A stretch of 64,000 nucleotides of DNA from a virus: the IMG/VR virus record IMGVR_UViG_3300034095_000847. One strand, written 5' to 3'. Below, one piece after another: positions 38,624-48,681 of this stretch; position 1 is the stretch's first letter; each line of letters starts with the position of its first letter. The position numbers and the translations under genes were made by a program. The notes below the pieces were generated by a model. It did not search any database. It was not told the DNA's origin and saw only the letters and a list, made by a program, of their open reading frames with translations.

Positions 38624-40225
38624 ATGGCTGCATTAACATATAATAGTAATCCTCAATTAAAAGCAGCGAATGTGCCTGTTCAGTATACTCAGGAGCAAAT
38701 ACAAGAGTATATTAAATGTAAAAATGATCCCATTTATTTTATTGATACTTATTGTCATATTATCCATGTTGATTATGGCATTATACCATTCAAACTATAT
38801 GATTGTCAAAAGAATAAAATAAAGATTATCCATGAGAATAGAAAAGTTATTCTTATGGAAGGCAGACAACAGGGAAAGACACAAACCTCTGCTGCATATA
38901 TTCTTTGGTATACTAATTTCCACGATGCAAAGAATGTTGCTATTCTTGCTAACAAAGCATCCGCTGCTAGGGAAGTAATGTCTAGATACCAAATGATGTT
39001 TGAATTATTACCTCCTTGGTTACAACAAGGTGTTAAAACCTGGAATAAAGGTGATATTGAATTAGAAAATATGTCTAAGGTTTTTACTGCAGCTACTACC
39101 GGCGCAGGTATTCGTGGTAAAACAGTGAATATGTTATACATCGATGAAACAGCATTTATTCCAAACACAGTTGCAGAAGCTTTCTTCACTTCAACATTTC
39201 CGACAATATCTTCTGGTAAAACAACTAAAATTTTACTAAGTTCTACTCCACTTGGTTATAATCATTTTTGGAAGTTTTGGACAGATGCAGAAAAAGGACA
39301 TAATGATTTTGTAACATTATTCATTCCATATACAGATATTCCTGGAAGAGATGAAACTTGGGCTTCAGAGCAACGTAGACAATTAGGTGAACTGAAATTC
39401 TGCCAGGAAGTACTTTGTTCCTTTCTTGGTTCTAGTTTAACTTTGATACCTCCTGATACTTTATCTAAACTAACTCCGGATCAAATAGATTATTCTAATG
39501 AAGGTCTTGATATATTTAAACGGCCTGAAAAGGGAAAGAATTATGTAATGACAGTTGATCCTTCTAAAGGCGTTGGAGGTGATAATTCGGTAATTCAAGT
39601 GATTGACATATCAGAAATACCATACAAACAAGTTGCTAAGTATAAAGATAATACAATAAGTCCGCTTATATTTCCTAACATTATATATAAAATAGCAAAA
39701 GATTATAATAATGCACATGTTTTAATTGAGATAAATATATCTGAACAGGTGGCACATATTTTACATCATGAGTTAGAATATGAAAACATGATTATTATAA
39801 ATAAAAAACCAAAGGGATTAGACAGAGGACAATCTGCAGGTGGAGGGTTCGGAGGTAGACCATTCTTAGGTGTAAACACAGATAAAAAAACAAAAAGAAT
39901 TGGATGTGCCAATTTAAAATCATTAATGGTAGAAAATAAATTACTTATTAATGATATGGATACTATTTCTGAACTATCTACTTTTATTGAAGTTAAAGAT
40001 TCATATGCGGCTGATGATGGTTATAAAGATGATTTAGTAATGGGACTTGTTATTTTCTCATGGTTAACTACACAACCATATTTTAAAGAATTAAATAACG
40101 TAGAACTTAGAAAAATGATGTATCAAAACCAAATGAGATTAATAGAAGAAGAGTTAACACCATTTGGTTTTTATGATGATGGACAAATAGAATCAGAAGC
40201 ACCTATTATGCTTTTGAATTTCTGA
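38624..40225 (+). CDS. gp17: Terminase large subunit
   Basis: Walker A RQQGKT, ILANK...A.E, Walker B YIDE.AF, SSTP.G.NHF and nuclease DD.VM motifs. Confidence 0.97.
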   Translation: MAALTYNSNPQLKAANVPVQYTQEQIQEYIKCKNDPIYFIDTYCHIIHVDYGIIPFKLYDCQKNKIKIIHENRKVILMEGRQQGKTQTSAAYILWYTNFHDAKNVAILANKASAAREVMSRYQMMFELLPPWLQQGVKTWNKGDIELENMSKVFTAATTGAGIRGKTVNMLYIDETAFIPNTVAEAFFTSTFPTISSGKTTKILLSSTPLGYNHFWKFWTDAEKGHNDFVTLFIPYTDIPGRDETWASEQRRQLGELKFCQEVLCSFLGSSLTLIPPDTLSKLTPDQIDYSNEGLDIFKRPEKGKNYVMTVDPSKGVGGDNSVIQVIDISEIPYKQVAKYKDNTISPLIFPNIIYKIAKDYNNAHVLIEINISEQVAHILHHELEYENMIIINKKPKGLDRGQSAGGGFGGRPFLGVNTDKKTKRIGCANLKSLMVENKLLINDMDTISELSTFIEVKDSYAADDGYKDDLVMGLVIFSWLTTQPYFKELNNVELRKMMYQNQMRLIEEELTPFGFYDDGQIESEAPIMLLNF

Positions 40226-40237
40226 AATACAATTTTT

Positions 40238-40245
40238 TATAAATA
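40238..40245 (+). promoter_or_regulatory. Late promoter for gp18
   Basis: TATAAATA followed by a 12-bp perfect hairpin (40246-40277). Confidence 0.85.
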
Positions 40246-40308
40246 ATACAATGAATCATACTTAAGATTCATTGTATACCCAGAATATTATTTCTTAGGA
40301 GAATTTAA

Positions 40309-42228
40309 ATGGCATATGCACTATCGCCAGGAGTTACAATAGTAGAAAAAGATTTTACTAATATTGTGCCCGCAGTTTCATCATCTACTGGAGCATTTGC
40401 AGGTAAGTTCCAGTGGGGTCCAATCGAATACCCAGTACAATTATCATCAGAAGTTGAATTAGTAAAACAATTTGGCAAACCTAATGATAGTACCTTTGAA
40501 TCTTTTTTTACTGCTGCAAACTTTTTGTCTTATACAAGTAGTTTGTATGTATCTAGAATCGATTCTGTACTTGCTAAAAATTCAGTTAGTGCTGGTGGTA
40601 CTGCTGTTAAAATTAAAAATATAGATGCTTATGATGCTTTAACTACTTCAACATATAACTGCTTATGGGCAGCTAAATATGCCGGTATTTTAGGTAATTC
40701 ATTAAAAGTATCAATTGCTGATTATAATACATTTAAAAATTTAGCTTTAACTAGTGTTACATCTTCAAGCATTGTTCCTGTAGGTGGAACTACTGTTGTT
40801 GGTGTAAGTACTCTTTTTACTACACAAGTACATGTAGGCGCTATTCTTAAAACAGATGCTGGTTTAATCATTGGTACCGTTAAATCTATTGAATCTAATA
40901 CATCCTTAACTTTAGATGATCCTGGATCTTTAATTTCTGTTCCTGCTGGTTCTGCATTAAAAGTAGATTGGGCATATGCGGATCAATTTGATTTTGCACC
41001 TGGAACTTCTAATTATGTTGCTAATTCTAATGCTACTAATGATGAATTACATGTTATTGTTATAGATGAAGATGGTGTATTTTCAGGAATAAAAGGTACA
41101 ATTTTAGAAAAATTTGCTTTTGTTTCTAAAGTATCAGATGCTAAAAAATATGATGGTACAATAAACTATTATAAAGAAGTGATTAATACACGTTCACAAT
41201 ATATTTGGTGGATGAAACATACTACAAATATTAATAGTGGTGGAACTTGGGGTACTCCAGTTGTTGCAGGTACTGAGTATTCTCCTTTAAAAGGCGCTAT
41301 GAATGATTCATTTGCTGATGGTGTTGATGACTTTGATGATACAGAGGGCGATTTTGCAGTAACCTCTTGGGAATTATATTTAAATGATAGTCAATATGAT
41401 ATTAGTTTAATTCCAGTAGGTAAAGCTTCTTCAGTTACTGCTAATTATGTAATTCAAAGTATCGCTGAAGTTCGTAAAGATTGTGTGGTTTTTGTATCTC
41501 CTCAAGATGTATCAAGTGGTGATGTTATTATAGGCAGTGGTTCAGCCGCAACTGATAAAATTAATGCTTACAGAAATGTTATGACATCTTCTTCTTATGG
41601 CATTATGGATTCAGGTTATAAGTATCAATATGATCGTTATAATGACACATACCGTTGGGTACCACTAAATGGTGATATTGCGGGTATGACTGCTCGTACT
41701 GATTATACCAATGATGCTTGGTGGTCTCCAGCAGGTTATAATCGTGGTCAAGTTAAAAATGTTGTAAAACTTGCAGTTAGCCCAAGCAAAACAGATAGAG
41801 ATACATTATACAAAAATGGTGTTAATCCAGTAGTTACATTCCCTGGACAAGGTACTGTATTATTTGGTGATAAAACTATGCTTGCAAAACCATCTGCATT
41901 TGATCGTATCAATGTTCGTAGATTGTTTATTGTTCTTGAGAAAGCAATTTCTACTGCATCTAAATATCAATTGTTTGAATTTAATGATGCATTTACAAGA
42001 GCACAATTCAAAAATATCGTAGAACCTTTCTTAAGAGATGTTAAAGGTCGTCGTGGTGTTATTGATTTTAGAGTTATATGTGATGAAACTAATAATACTG
42101 GTGAAGTAATTGATCGTAATGAATTTGTAGGCGATATCTATATCAAACCTGCACGTTCAATTAACTATATTACTTTAAACTTCATAGCAGTAAGAAGTGG
42201 TATTAGTTTTTCTGAAGTTGGTGGTTAA
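40309..42228 (+). CDS. gp18: Tail sheath protein
   Basis: LSPGV...E.D, F.WGP, W.SPAG.NRG, FDRINVRRLF and YIKPARSINYI.LNF motifs. Confidence 0.98.
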   Translation: MAYALSPGVTIVEKDFTNIVPAVSSSTGAFAGKFQWGPIEYPVQLSSEVELVKQFGKPNDSTFESFFTAANFLSYTSSLYVSRIDSVLAKNSVSAGGTAVKIKNIDAYDALTTSTYNCLWAAKYAGILGNSLKVSIADYNTFKNLALTSVTSSSIVPVGGTTVVGVSTLFTTQVHVGAILKTDAGLIIGTVKSIESNTSLTLDDPGSLISVPAGSALKVDWAYADQFDFAPGTSNYVANSNATNDELHVIVIDEDGVFSGIKGTILEKFAFVSKVSDAKKYDGTINYYKEVINTRSQYIWWMKHTTNINSGGTWGTPVVAGTEYSPLKGAMNDSFADGVDDFDDTEGDFAVTSWELYLNDSQYDISLIPVGKASSVTANYVIQSIAEVRKDCVVFVSPQDVSSGDVIIGSGSAATDKINAYRNVMTSSSYGIMDSGYKYQYDRYNDTYRWVPLNGDIAGMTARTDYTNDAWWSPAGYNRGQVKNVVKLAVSPSKTDRDTLYKNGVNPVVTFPGQGTVLFGDKTMLAKPSAFDRINVRRLFIVLEKAISTASKYQLFEFNDAFTRAQFKNIVEPFLRDVKGRRGVIDFRVICDETNNTGEVIDRNEFVGDIYIKPARSINYITLNFIAVRSGISFSEVGG

Positions 42229-42235
42229 TTAATAT

Positions 42236-42263
42236 TTGGGAGTTGAAATACACTCCCAATATT
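42236..42263 (+). terminator. Stem-loop after gp18 (terminator or stabiliser)
   Basis: TTGGGAGT-8 nt-ACTCCCAA; weak U tract. Confidence 0.5.
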
Positions 42264-42267
42264 TAAC

Positions 42268-42275
42268 TATAAATA
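42268..42275 (+). promoter_or_regulatory. Late promoter for gp19
   Basis: TATAAATA. Confidence 0.85.
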
Positions 42276-42304
42276 ATATAAAGTCATATACCTAAGGAAT
42301 AAAA

Positions 42305-42907
42305 ATGGCAAATATATCAGATTTTAAATCTCAGTTGATTGGAGGCGGAGCAAGAGCCAATCAATTTAGAGCATATTTAAATTTTCCATCTTATGTGTCA
42401 GCCGGCGCATTTGAAGGATCAAGAGCACAATTCTTATGTAAAGCAGCTCAACTTCCTGGTTCTACTATAGCTAATGTAGAAGTACCATATAGAGGTCGAG
42501 TTGTTAATATTGCAGGAGAACGTAATTTCCAACCTTGGACTGTAACACTTATTAATGATACAACTTTTGGTTTACGTAATGCATTTGAATCTTGGCAAGC
42601 AGGCATTCAAAGATATGCAGCCACTGAAGGTAAAACAAATCCTGCCGATTATCAAGTAGATTTAGAAGTTCATCAATTAGATCGTAATGGTGCTACTTTA
42701 AAAGTATATAAATTTGCAGATGCATATCCAACAACTATTGGGGCTATTCAATTAGACTTTGATGTAATAAACCAACTTGAAACTTTTGATGTAGAATTTA
42801 CTTATAACTACTTTACATCAAATACTGGTACAGATACAGACGGTTCTTCTTTTGGTACTAACATATCAATTGATACACCAGTAGGTACAATTCCATTTAG
42901 TTTCTAA
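42305..42907 (+). CDS. gp19: Tail tube protein
   Basis: GGGARAN.F, FLCKAA.LP, RGR....AG.R.F..WT.T..ND and QLDR.G motifs. Confidence 0.97.
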   Translation: MANISDFKSQLIGGGARANQFRAYLNFPSYVSAGAFEGSRAQFLCKAAQLPGSTIANVEVPYRGRVVNIAGERNFQPWTVTLINDTTFGLRNAFESWQAGIQRYAATEGKTNPADYQVDLEVHQLDRNGATLKVYKFADAYPTTIGAIQLDFDVINQLETFDVEFTYNYFTSNTGTDTDGSSFGTNISIDTPVGTIPFSF

Positions 42908-42937
42908 TCATTTTTCATTATAATTTTGAGATAAAAT

Positions 42938-44425
42938 ATGCAAATTTTTGGTATCGAGTTGGGTAAGAAGAAATCCGTCAAGGAAAATCCGCTTAGTGTA
43001 GTTCCACCAAGTTCGGAAGACGGTAGTACTGTAATAACAACAGCATCAGGTGCTGCGAATTATTATGGTCTTGTTCTTGATATGGATTCTATTGTCAAGA
43101 ATGAAAATGATCTTATCCGTCGATACCGAGAAGTTGCACAATATTCTGATTGTGATTCAGCTATAACAGATATTGTTAATGAATCAATTATAACTGAAGA
43201 TGATAAATCTATTGAACTTAATCTGGATAATTTAAAAGTTTCAGATGGCATTAAGAAAAAAATCACCGATGAATTCGAAGAAGTATTAAAACTATTTGAT
43301 TTCGAAGAATTCGGTCCAGACATTTTCCGTCAATGGTACATAGATGGTAGAGTATATTATCAAGTATTGATTGATCCTGCTAATATCAAAAAAGGTATTA
43401 CAGAATTACGTAAGATTGATCCAAGAAAAATAAGAAAGATCAAGAACGTAATGAAACAACGTAATGAAAAAGGCATTGATGTTGTTAAATCTATAGATGA
43501 ATTTTACATCTATAATGATAAAGGAATTAGTGAGCAAACATCACAAGGTGTTAAACTATCTCTTGATTCAGTTATCTATTGCCCTTCTGGTTTAATTGAT
43601 CCTAATTCAGGAATGACATTAGGCCATTTACATAAGGCAGTAAAACCAACCAACCAGTTAAAAATGATTGAAGATGCGGTAGTAATTTATCGTATATCAA
43701 GAGCACCTGAAAGACGTATATTCTATATTGATGTTGGTAACTTACCTAAGTTAAAAGCAGAACAGTATGTAAATGATATTATGAATAAGTTTCGTAATAA
43801 AATTGTTTATGATGCTACTACTGGTGAAACAAGAGATGATCGTAAACATTTGTCTATGATGGAAGATTTCTGGATGCCAAGGAGAGAAGGCGGTAAGGGT
43901 ACAGAAATAACTACTCTGCCGGGCGGACAAACTCTAGGTCAAATAGAAGATGTACAATATTTTCAAAGTAAATTATATCAAGCTTTAAATGTTCCATTAG
44001 GAAGATTGCAACCTTCAACAGGATTTAGTATTGGCCGTTCTACAGAAATTACTAGAGAAGAAGTAAAGTTCAATAAATTTGTAACAAGATTACGTAAAAA
44101 GTTTGCTAATTTACTTGTAGATGCATTGAGAATACAATTAATTTCTAAAGGTATCATTCGAGACGATGAATGGTATGATATTAAACAAAGTATTCAGTTT
44201 GATTTCCAAAAAGATAATTACTTTTCAGAATTAAAAGAAAGTGAAGTTCTTAATCAACGCATTGTAACCTTACAACAAATTGATTTATATGTAGGTAAAT
44301 ATTATAGTATTGAATGGATTCAAAAGAATGTATTAATGCAATCTGAAGAAGATATAAAAGAAATAGCTGCTCAAAATAAAGAAAATCCTCCACCTGTTCC
44401 AGAAGATGCACAAAGTGCACAATAA
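42938..44425 (+). CDS. gp20: Portal protein
   Basis: NQL.M.EDA.VIYRI.RAPERRIFYIDVGNLP and EDFW.PRREGG.GTEITTLPGG motifs. Confidence 0.98.
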   Translation: MQIFGIELGKKKSVKENPLSVVPPSSEDGSTVITTASGAANYYGLVLDMDSIVKNENDLIRRYREVAQYSDCDSAITDIVNESIITEDDKSIELNLDNLKVSDGIKKKITDEFEEVLKLFDFEEFGPDIFRQWYIDGRVYYQVLIDPANIKKGITELRKIDPRKIRKIKNVMKQRNEKGIDVVKSIDEFYIYNDKGISEQTSQGVKLSLDSVIYCPSGLIDPNSGMTLGHLHKAVKPTNQLKMIEDAVVIYRISRAPERRIFYIDVGNLPKLKAEQYVNDIMNKFRNKIVYDATTGETRDDRKHLSMMEDFWMPRREGGKGTEITTLPGGQTLGQIEDVQYFQSKLYQALNVPLGRLQPSTGFSIGRSTEITREEVKFNKFVTRLRKKFANLLVDALRIQLISKGIIRDDEWYDIKQSIQFDFQKDNYFSELKESEVLNQRIVTLQQIDLYVGKYYSIEWIQKNVLMQSEEDIKEIAAQNKENPPPVPEDAQSAQ

Positions 44426-44440
44426 TTAAGGATACCAAAA

Positions 44441-45622
44441 ATGATTAAAGAATCTATTAAAGATTTAATTAACGCAATTGCTGAAGGCGATTCAATTGCT
44501 ATTGAAGATAGTTTTAACTATGTGATGGCTAGTAAAATATCTGACCATTTAGATAATATGAGGGTATCTGTTGCACAAGGTATGTTTGGTTCAGTTGTAG
44601 AAGAAGGTTATGATTCACGTGATGCATATGACTTGCATGATCCAAAGCATCCTGATTTTGTTAAAAACCATACAAAATGGAAAAAAGCTAATCCAGAAGG
44701 AAAGCTTGGTGACTTCATAGCTCATATGAAAACTAAAAGATTCAATGTTACAGAAAGTGCTGGTGCATATGAAACGTGGGATCCTAAGCATCCTAAATTC
44801 AAAGAAAAATTAATAAAGCATCATGCTCAAGGTGGAACTACTAAAAGTTTTATCGAAAAAGAAAAAGCAAAAGCATGGAAACAATTAACTAGAGAATCAG
44901 TTGAAGAATTCACTCTTGAAGATTATTCAGTTGAAGAACTTGAAGACTTTATGATGTCTGAAGACTTTGAACAACTGGACGAAGTATCTAAGAAAACTCT
45001 AGGCTCTTATGTAAATAAAGCCCATGACCAATTGATGAAACATACTGCAGCCGTTAATTTCAAATCAGGTCGTGGGGATAAAGATGTATTATCATATACA
45101 CACGAACCAACAACAGCAAGAAAAACTGCAAACCGAACTAAAGGTGTTACTACAGCAATTAGCAAATTAACCAAAGAAGAAGTTGAAGAGTTAGATGAAT
45201 TATCAAAAGCAACTTTAGGCTCTTATGTTAAGAAAGCTACTACAAGTGCTATTATTAGTGGTGAAGCTCTAGGTAAAGGCGAGAAATGGTCAAAATCTGG
45301 CCAAATTGCTTCTAAGCGTGAAAAAGGTATTGGTAAAGCAGTCGACAAAATGACTAAAGAAGAATTCACTCTTGAAGATTATTCAGTTGAAGAACTTGAA
45401 GACTTTATGATGTCTGAAGACTTTGAACAACTTGATGAATTATCAAAAGCAACTCTAAGTTCTTATGTTAATAAAGCAAGTGCTAATGCTAGCCAGAACG
45501 CATTTAATTCCGGTGGTGCATACGCTCAACTAAGATCAAAACAAGGAAACAAGGACATGACTAAGACAATTAAACGTCTTAAAAATGTTGGCAAAGCAGT
45601 CGGCAAATTGACTAAAGACTAA
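44441..45622 (+). CDS. gp67-like prohead core protein extended with repeated internal-protein-like modules
   Basis: N-terminal ~55 aa gp67-like and in the gp67 position; then two DPKHP modules and three LDE.SK.TL.SYV.KA modules. Confidence 0.65.
   Translation: MIKESIKDLINAIAEGDSIAIEDSFNYVMASKISDHLDNMRVSVAQGMFGSVVEEGYDSRDAYDLHDPKHPDFVKNHTKWKKANPEGKLGDFIAHMKTKRFNVTESAGAYETWDPKHPKFKEKLIKHHAQGGTTKSFIEKEKAKAWKQLTRESVEEFTLEDYSVEELEDFMMSEDFEQLDEVSKKTLGSYVNKAHDQLMKHTAAVNFKSGRGDKDVLSYTHEPTTARKTANRTKGVTTAISKLTKEEVEELDELSKATLGSYVKKATTSAIISGEALGKGEKWSKSGQIASKREKGIGKAVDKMTKEEFTLEDYSVEELEDFMMSEDFEQLDELSKATLSSYVNKASANASQNAFNSGGAYAQLRSKQGNKDMTKTIKRLKNVGKAVGKLTKD
44903..45432 (+). repeat. 74-bp exact intragenic direct repeat (44903-44976 and 45359-45432)
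   Basis: Encodes EEFTLEDYSVEELEDFMMSEDFEQL twice. Confidence 0.95.
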
Positions 45623-46179
45623 TGTATTATTCACAGTTTTCTAAAAAGTTAAAAGAAACGGTATCAGGTATGGGTATACAGGAGTGCACCCATTACTTTG
45701 GTAATACTATTCAGATAACTAATGATAATACTATACTAATTAATAATGAAGTAACTCAGTTTAGAAATTTGTCGGAAGCAAAAAATCATATTAAATATTC
45801 AGAACAAGCAAAAGATATTATCAATAATTTATATGAAGAATTCTTTTCTGAAAATATATTAAAAATTGCAGACGTAATTAAAGAAGAACACAATATTAAA
45901 GTCACAAATAAAATAGTCGAACAATATATTAAAATAGCTTCCGACAAATCCTTTTCAATTGATCCAGTTGTTTCTAATATTCGTGAAATGAATGAATTTG
46001 ATTCTATTATTAATGGTAAAATACATTACATTCTAGAAGATGAATCAGTTATTGCAATAGATATTCAAACCCAACAAGATATAAATAACTTACTAGAAAA
46101 TAAAGTAGAGGTTGTCGAGTTCATGAAAGAAAGTTCGGATAACTTCCTAAAAATACTCGATGTAATCATTAAGGAATAA
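45622..46179 (+). CDS. Prohead core protein, gp68-like
   Basis: Position after gp67; C-terminal L.D.S...ID......I..L...M..S..NF pattern. Confidence 0.55.
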   Translation: MYYSQFSKKLKETVSGMGIQECTHYFGNTIQITNDNTILINNEVTQFRNLSEAKNHIKYSEQAKDIINNLYEEFFSENILKIADVIKEEHNIKVTNKIVEQYIKIASDKSFSIDPVVSNIREMNEFDSIINGKIHYILEDESVIAIDIQTQQDINNLLENKVEVVEFMKESSDNFLKILDVIIKE

Positions 46180-46181
46180 AG

Positions 46182-46856
46182 ATGGCAGCATTAACAAAAA
46201 CCATTATTAAAGCATCAGAAACTGAGGCAATTATTAAAATTGCAGGTTCAGATACTGCTGCATCTATAATAAATTTAACTACAGATTTGTTACCTTATGC
46301 CAATATTATTGTTGGCGCAGGAACTGTAACAATAGGCACAGGTGCTACATCAATTGTTGGTGTAGGAACAAGTTTTGATACTAATGTTCATGTCAATGCT
46401 AAAGTATATACTAGTGCAGGTGTTTATGTAGGTCTTATCACCTCAGTTACTAATGCAACTAATGCTGTATTATCTGCAAATGGTGCTGCAGTTATAGCAG
46501 GTACTACTTATAAAATTCAATATGCTGCACAAGTTATAATAGGTACTCCATCTGTTTCTATTACTGCGCTTCAATGGGCAGGTGAACCAGGAGCTATATA
46601 TAAAGTAGATAGAAATGGTGTTCGCATTGTTACTCCTCTTGCAGATAATGGTAACCTTATTGATATGATGGGTACATATTTCCCACCTGATAATGTTAAT
46701 GCAACATATTCTATCAGTGTTACTATTGTAGATAAACTTGCTGCTGCAGTCCAAGGCGAAATTTGGATTAAAGTTAGAAAGAATTCAGGTTATTATGGTA
46801 AAATAGAGACCACTCAGTTTGGTGCTCTTGATAACGAATTAGTATACGGAAGTTAA
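46182..46856 (+). CDS. Hypothetical head-associated structural protein
   Basis: 224-aa beta-rich ORF between gp68-like and gp21. Confidence 0.55.
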   Translation: MAALTKTIIKASETEAIIKIAGSDTAASIINLTTDLLPYANIIVGAGTVTIGTGATSIVGVGTSFDTNVHVNAKVYTSAGVYVGLITSVTNATNAVLSANGAAVIAGTTYKIQYAAQVIIGTPSVSITALQWAGEPGAIYKVDRNGVRIVTPLADNGNLIDMMGTYFPPDNVNATYSISVTIVDKLAAAVQGEIWIKVRKNSGYYGKIETTQFGALDNELVYGS

Positions 46857-46857
46857 T

Positions 46858-47508
46858 ATGAAACTAATTAGGGAAGTTAACGAAACATTAAATATGGTTG
46901 TAGAGGAAAAACTCGGTAAAGGTAAACAACTTTATGTAGAGGGTGTATTTCTTCAATCAAATATTAAGAATCGTAATGGAAGAATGTATCCAGAATCAAT
47001 TATGGATAATGAAGTTCAACGATATATTAAAGAAAAAGTAGAAAAGAATTCTGCCTTTGGTGAATTAGGACATCCTGAATCACCTTCAATTAATCTTGAT
47101 AGAATTTCACATCTAATTACTAACTTAAGAAAAGAAGGTAATAATTGGATAGGAAAGGCTAAAATTCTTGATACTCCTATGGGTAGAATTGCTGAAGGTA
47201 TTCTTAAAGGTGGCGGAAGAATTGGTACGTCAAGTCGTGCTTTAGGTTCATTAAAAATGAACAATGAAGGTATTAATGTAGTACAAAATGATTTTATGTT
47301 AAGTACTGCCGGCGATTTAGTAAGTGATCCATCTGCACCTGATGCCTGGGTTCAAGGAATCATGGAAGGTGCATCTTGGGTTTATGTTGATGGAAAGTTT
47401 GAGAAACATGTTGATGAAGCTAGAAAAACAATAACAAAAGCAACGTCAATGAATTTAGAAGAGCAAAAAATACTTGCCTTTCAACACTTTTTACGTAGCA
47501 TTAAGTAA
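46858..47508 (+). CDS. gp21: Prohead core protease
   Basis: EGVFLQ....NRNGR.YP, GELGHP, SSRALGS and D.V.DPSAPDA.V motifs. Confidence 0.97.
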   Translation: MKLIREVNETLNMVVEEKLGKGKQLYVEGVFLQSNIKNRNGRMYPESIMDNEVQRYIKEKVEKNSAFGELGHPESPSINLDRISHLITNLRKEGNNWIGKAKILDTPMGRIAEGILKGGGRIGTSSRALGSLKMNNEGINVVQNDFMLSTAGDLVSDPSAPDAWVQGIMEGASWVYVDGKFEKHVDEARKTITKATSMNLEEQKILAFQHFLRSIK

Positions 47509-47520
47509 AAGTTTAATTTT

Positions 47521-47528
47521 TATAAATA
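47521..47528 (+). promoter_or_regulatory. Late promoter for gp22-gp23
   Basis: TATAAATA. Confidence 0.85.
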
Positions 47529-47557
47529 ATAAGATATATCAAAATTAGGAGATATAA

Positions 47558-48655
47558 ATGTCTATTGATAGCAAAATCGCTGAGATTATGGAAGAATCCA
47601 AATTGGCAGGATTAGTTTTAGAAAACGAAGAAATTGTTGAAGAAGAATTAGATGAAGATTTCATCACTGAAGAAGAATATGATTCTTTAGATGAAGAAGA
47701 ACAAGCATTGTTTGAATTATCTGCTGACATAAAACAAAGAGCTTATGTTAAACGATATAATAAAAGTGATGATGAATCAGATAATGACAAAGCACAAAAA
47801 ACTTTATCACATATTAAAAAAAGAGAAGGACAGAAAGCAGCATTTAAAGCAGCTATGGATGCTGATGCACCGCCAGATGAACATAGAAAACAAATGAAAA
47901 GAGATTTTCTTTCAAAAGAATCAATTGACGTTTCTACCGATGTAGATGCATTAATGTTTGGTGAATCTTTATCTGAAGAGTTTAGAGAAAAAGCAGCGAC
48001 TATTTTCGAGTCTGCTGTAGTTGTACGTGTTAAAGAAGAAGTTGCACGTTTAGAAGAAGAATTTGAAGAAAAACTTGCTGAGCAAGTAGATTCAATTACT
48101 GAGGGTCTGGTTGAAAAAATTGATGGTTACCTCGACTATGTTGTTGAGCAGTGGATAGAACAGAATGAAATAGCCCTTGAAAATGGACTTAAGTCTGATA
48201 TCATGGAATCCTTTATTACTGGTATGAAAGGTCTTTTTGAAGAACATTATATTGATGTTCCTGAAGAAAAGTACGACGTTATCGGTGAAATGGAAACTAG
48301 GATTGATGTACTAGAGTCTAAGTTAAACGAACAAGTTGAAAGAAATATTGATTTGAAAAAATCACTTTCTGAATCAACTCGTAAAGAAATCGTAAATATG
48401 GTTAGCGAAGGTTTGACTGATACAGAAACTGAAAAATTTGTAGCATTAGTAGAAGAATTATCTTATGATGCTGAAGATACATTTAAAGTAAAAGTACAAA
48501 CAATTCGTGAAAACTATTTCACAGGCAAACAAAGCGCTTTGGTAGAATCTTTTGTTACTGATTCTCCAGTAGAAGAAATCAAAGAAAACAAATATGTAAA
48601 CGTTGATCCTACTGTTGCTGCGTATGCTAAAGCATTACAACAATATAACCAATAA
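47558..48655 (+). CDS. gp22: Prohead core scaffold protein
   Basis: LSEEF..KA.TIFE.AV, D.YLDYVVEQW..N and LFEEHYI..PEEK motifs. Confidence 0.95.
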   Translation: MSIDSKIAEIMEESKLAGLVLENEEIVEEELDEDFITEEEYDSLDEEEQALFELSADIKQRAYVKRYNKSDDESDNDKAQKTLSHIKKREGQKAAFKAAMDADAPPDEHRKQMKRDFLSKESIDVSTDVDALMFGESLSEEFREKAATIFESAVVVRVKEEVARLEEEFEEKLAEQVDSITEGLVEKIDGYLDYVVEQWIEQNEIALENGLKSDIMESFITGMKGLFEEHYIDVPEEKYDVIGEMETRIDVLESKLNEQVERNIDLKKSLSESTRKEIVNMVSEGLTDTETEKFVALVEELSYDAEDTFKVKVQTIRENYFTGKQSALVESFVTDSPVEEIKENKYVNVDPTVAAYAKALQQYNQ

Positions 48656-48681
48656 TTTTAATAAAAATAAGGAAACTTAAG

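Noticed and set aside
38624-40225. Inteins in terminase, UvsW, gp46 or gp44
   Set aside because: Lengths are normal and no C...HN intein termini or LAGLIDADG blocks were seen
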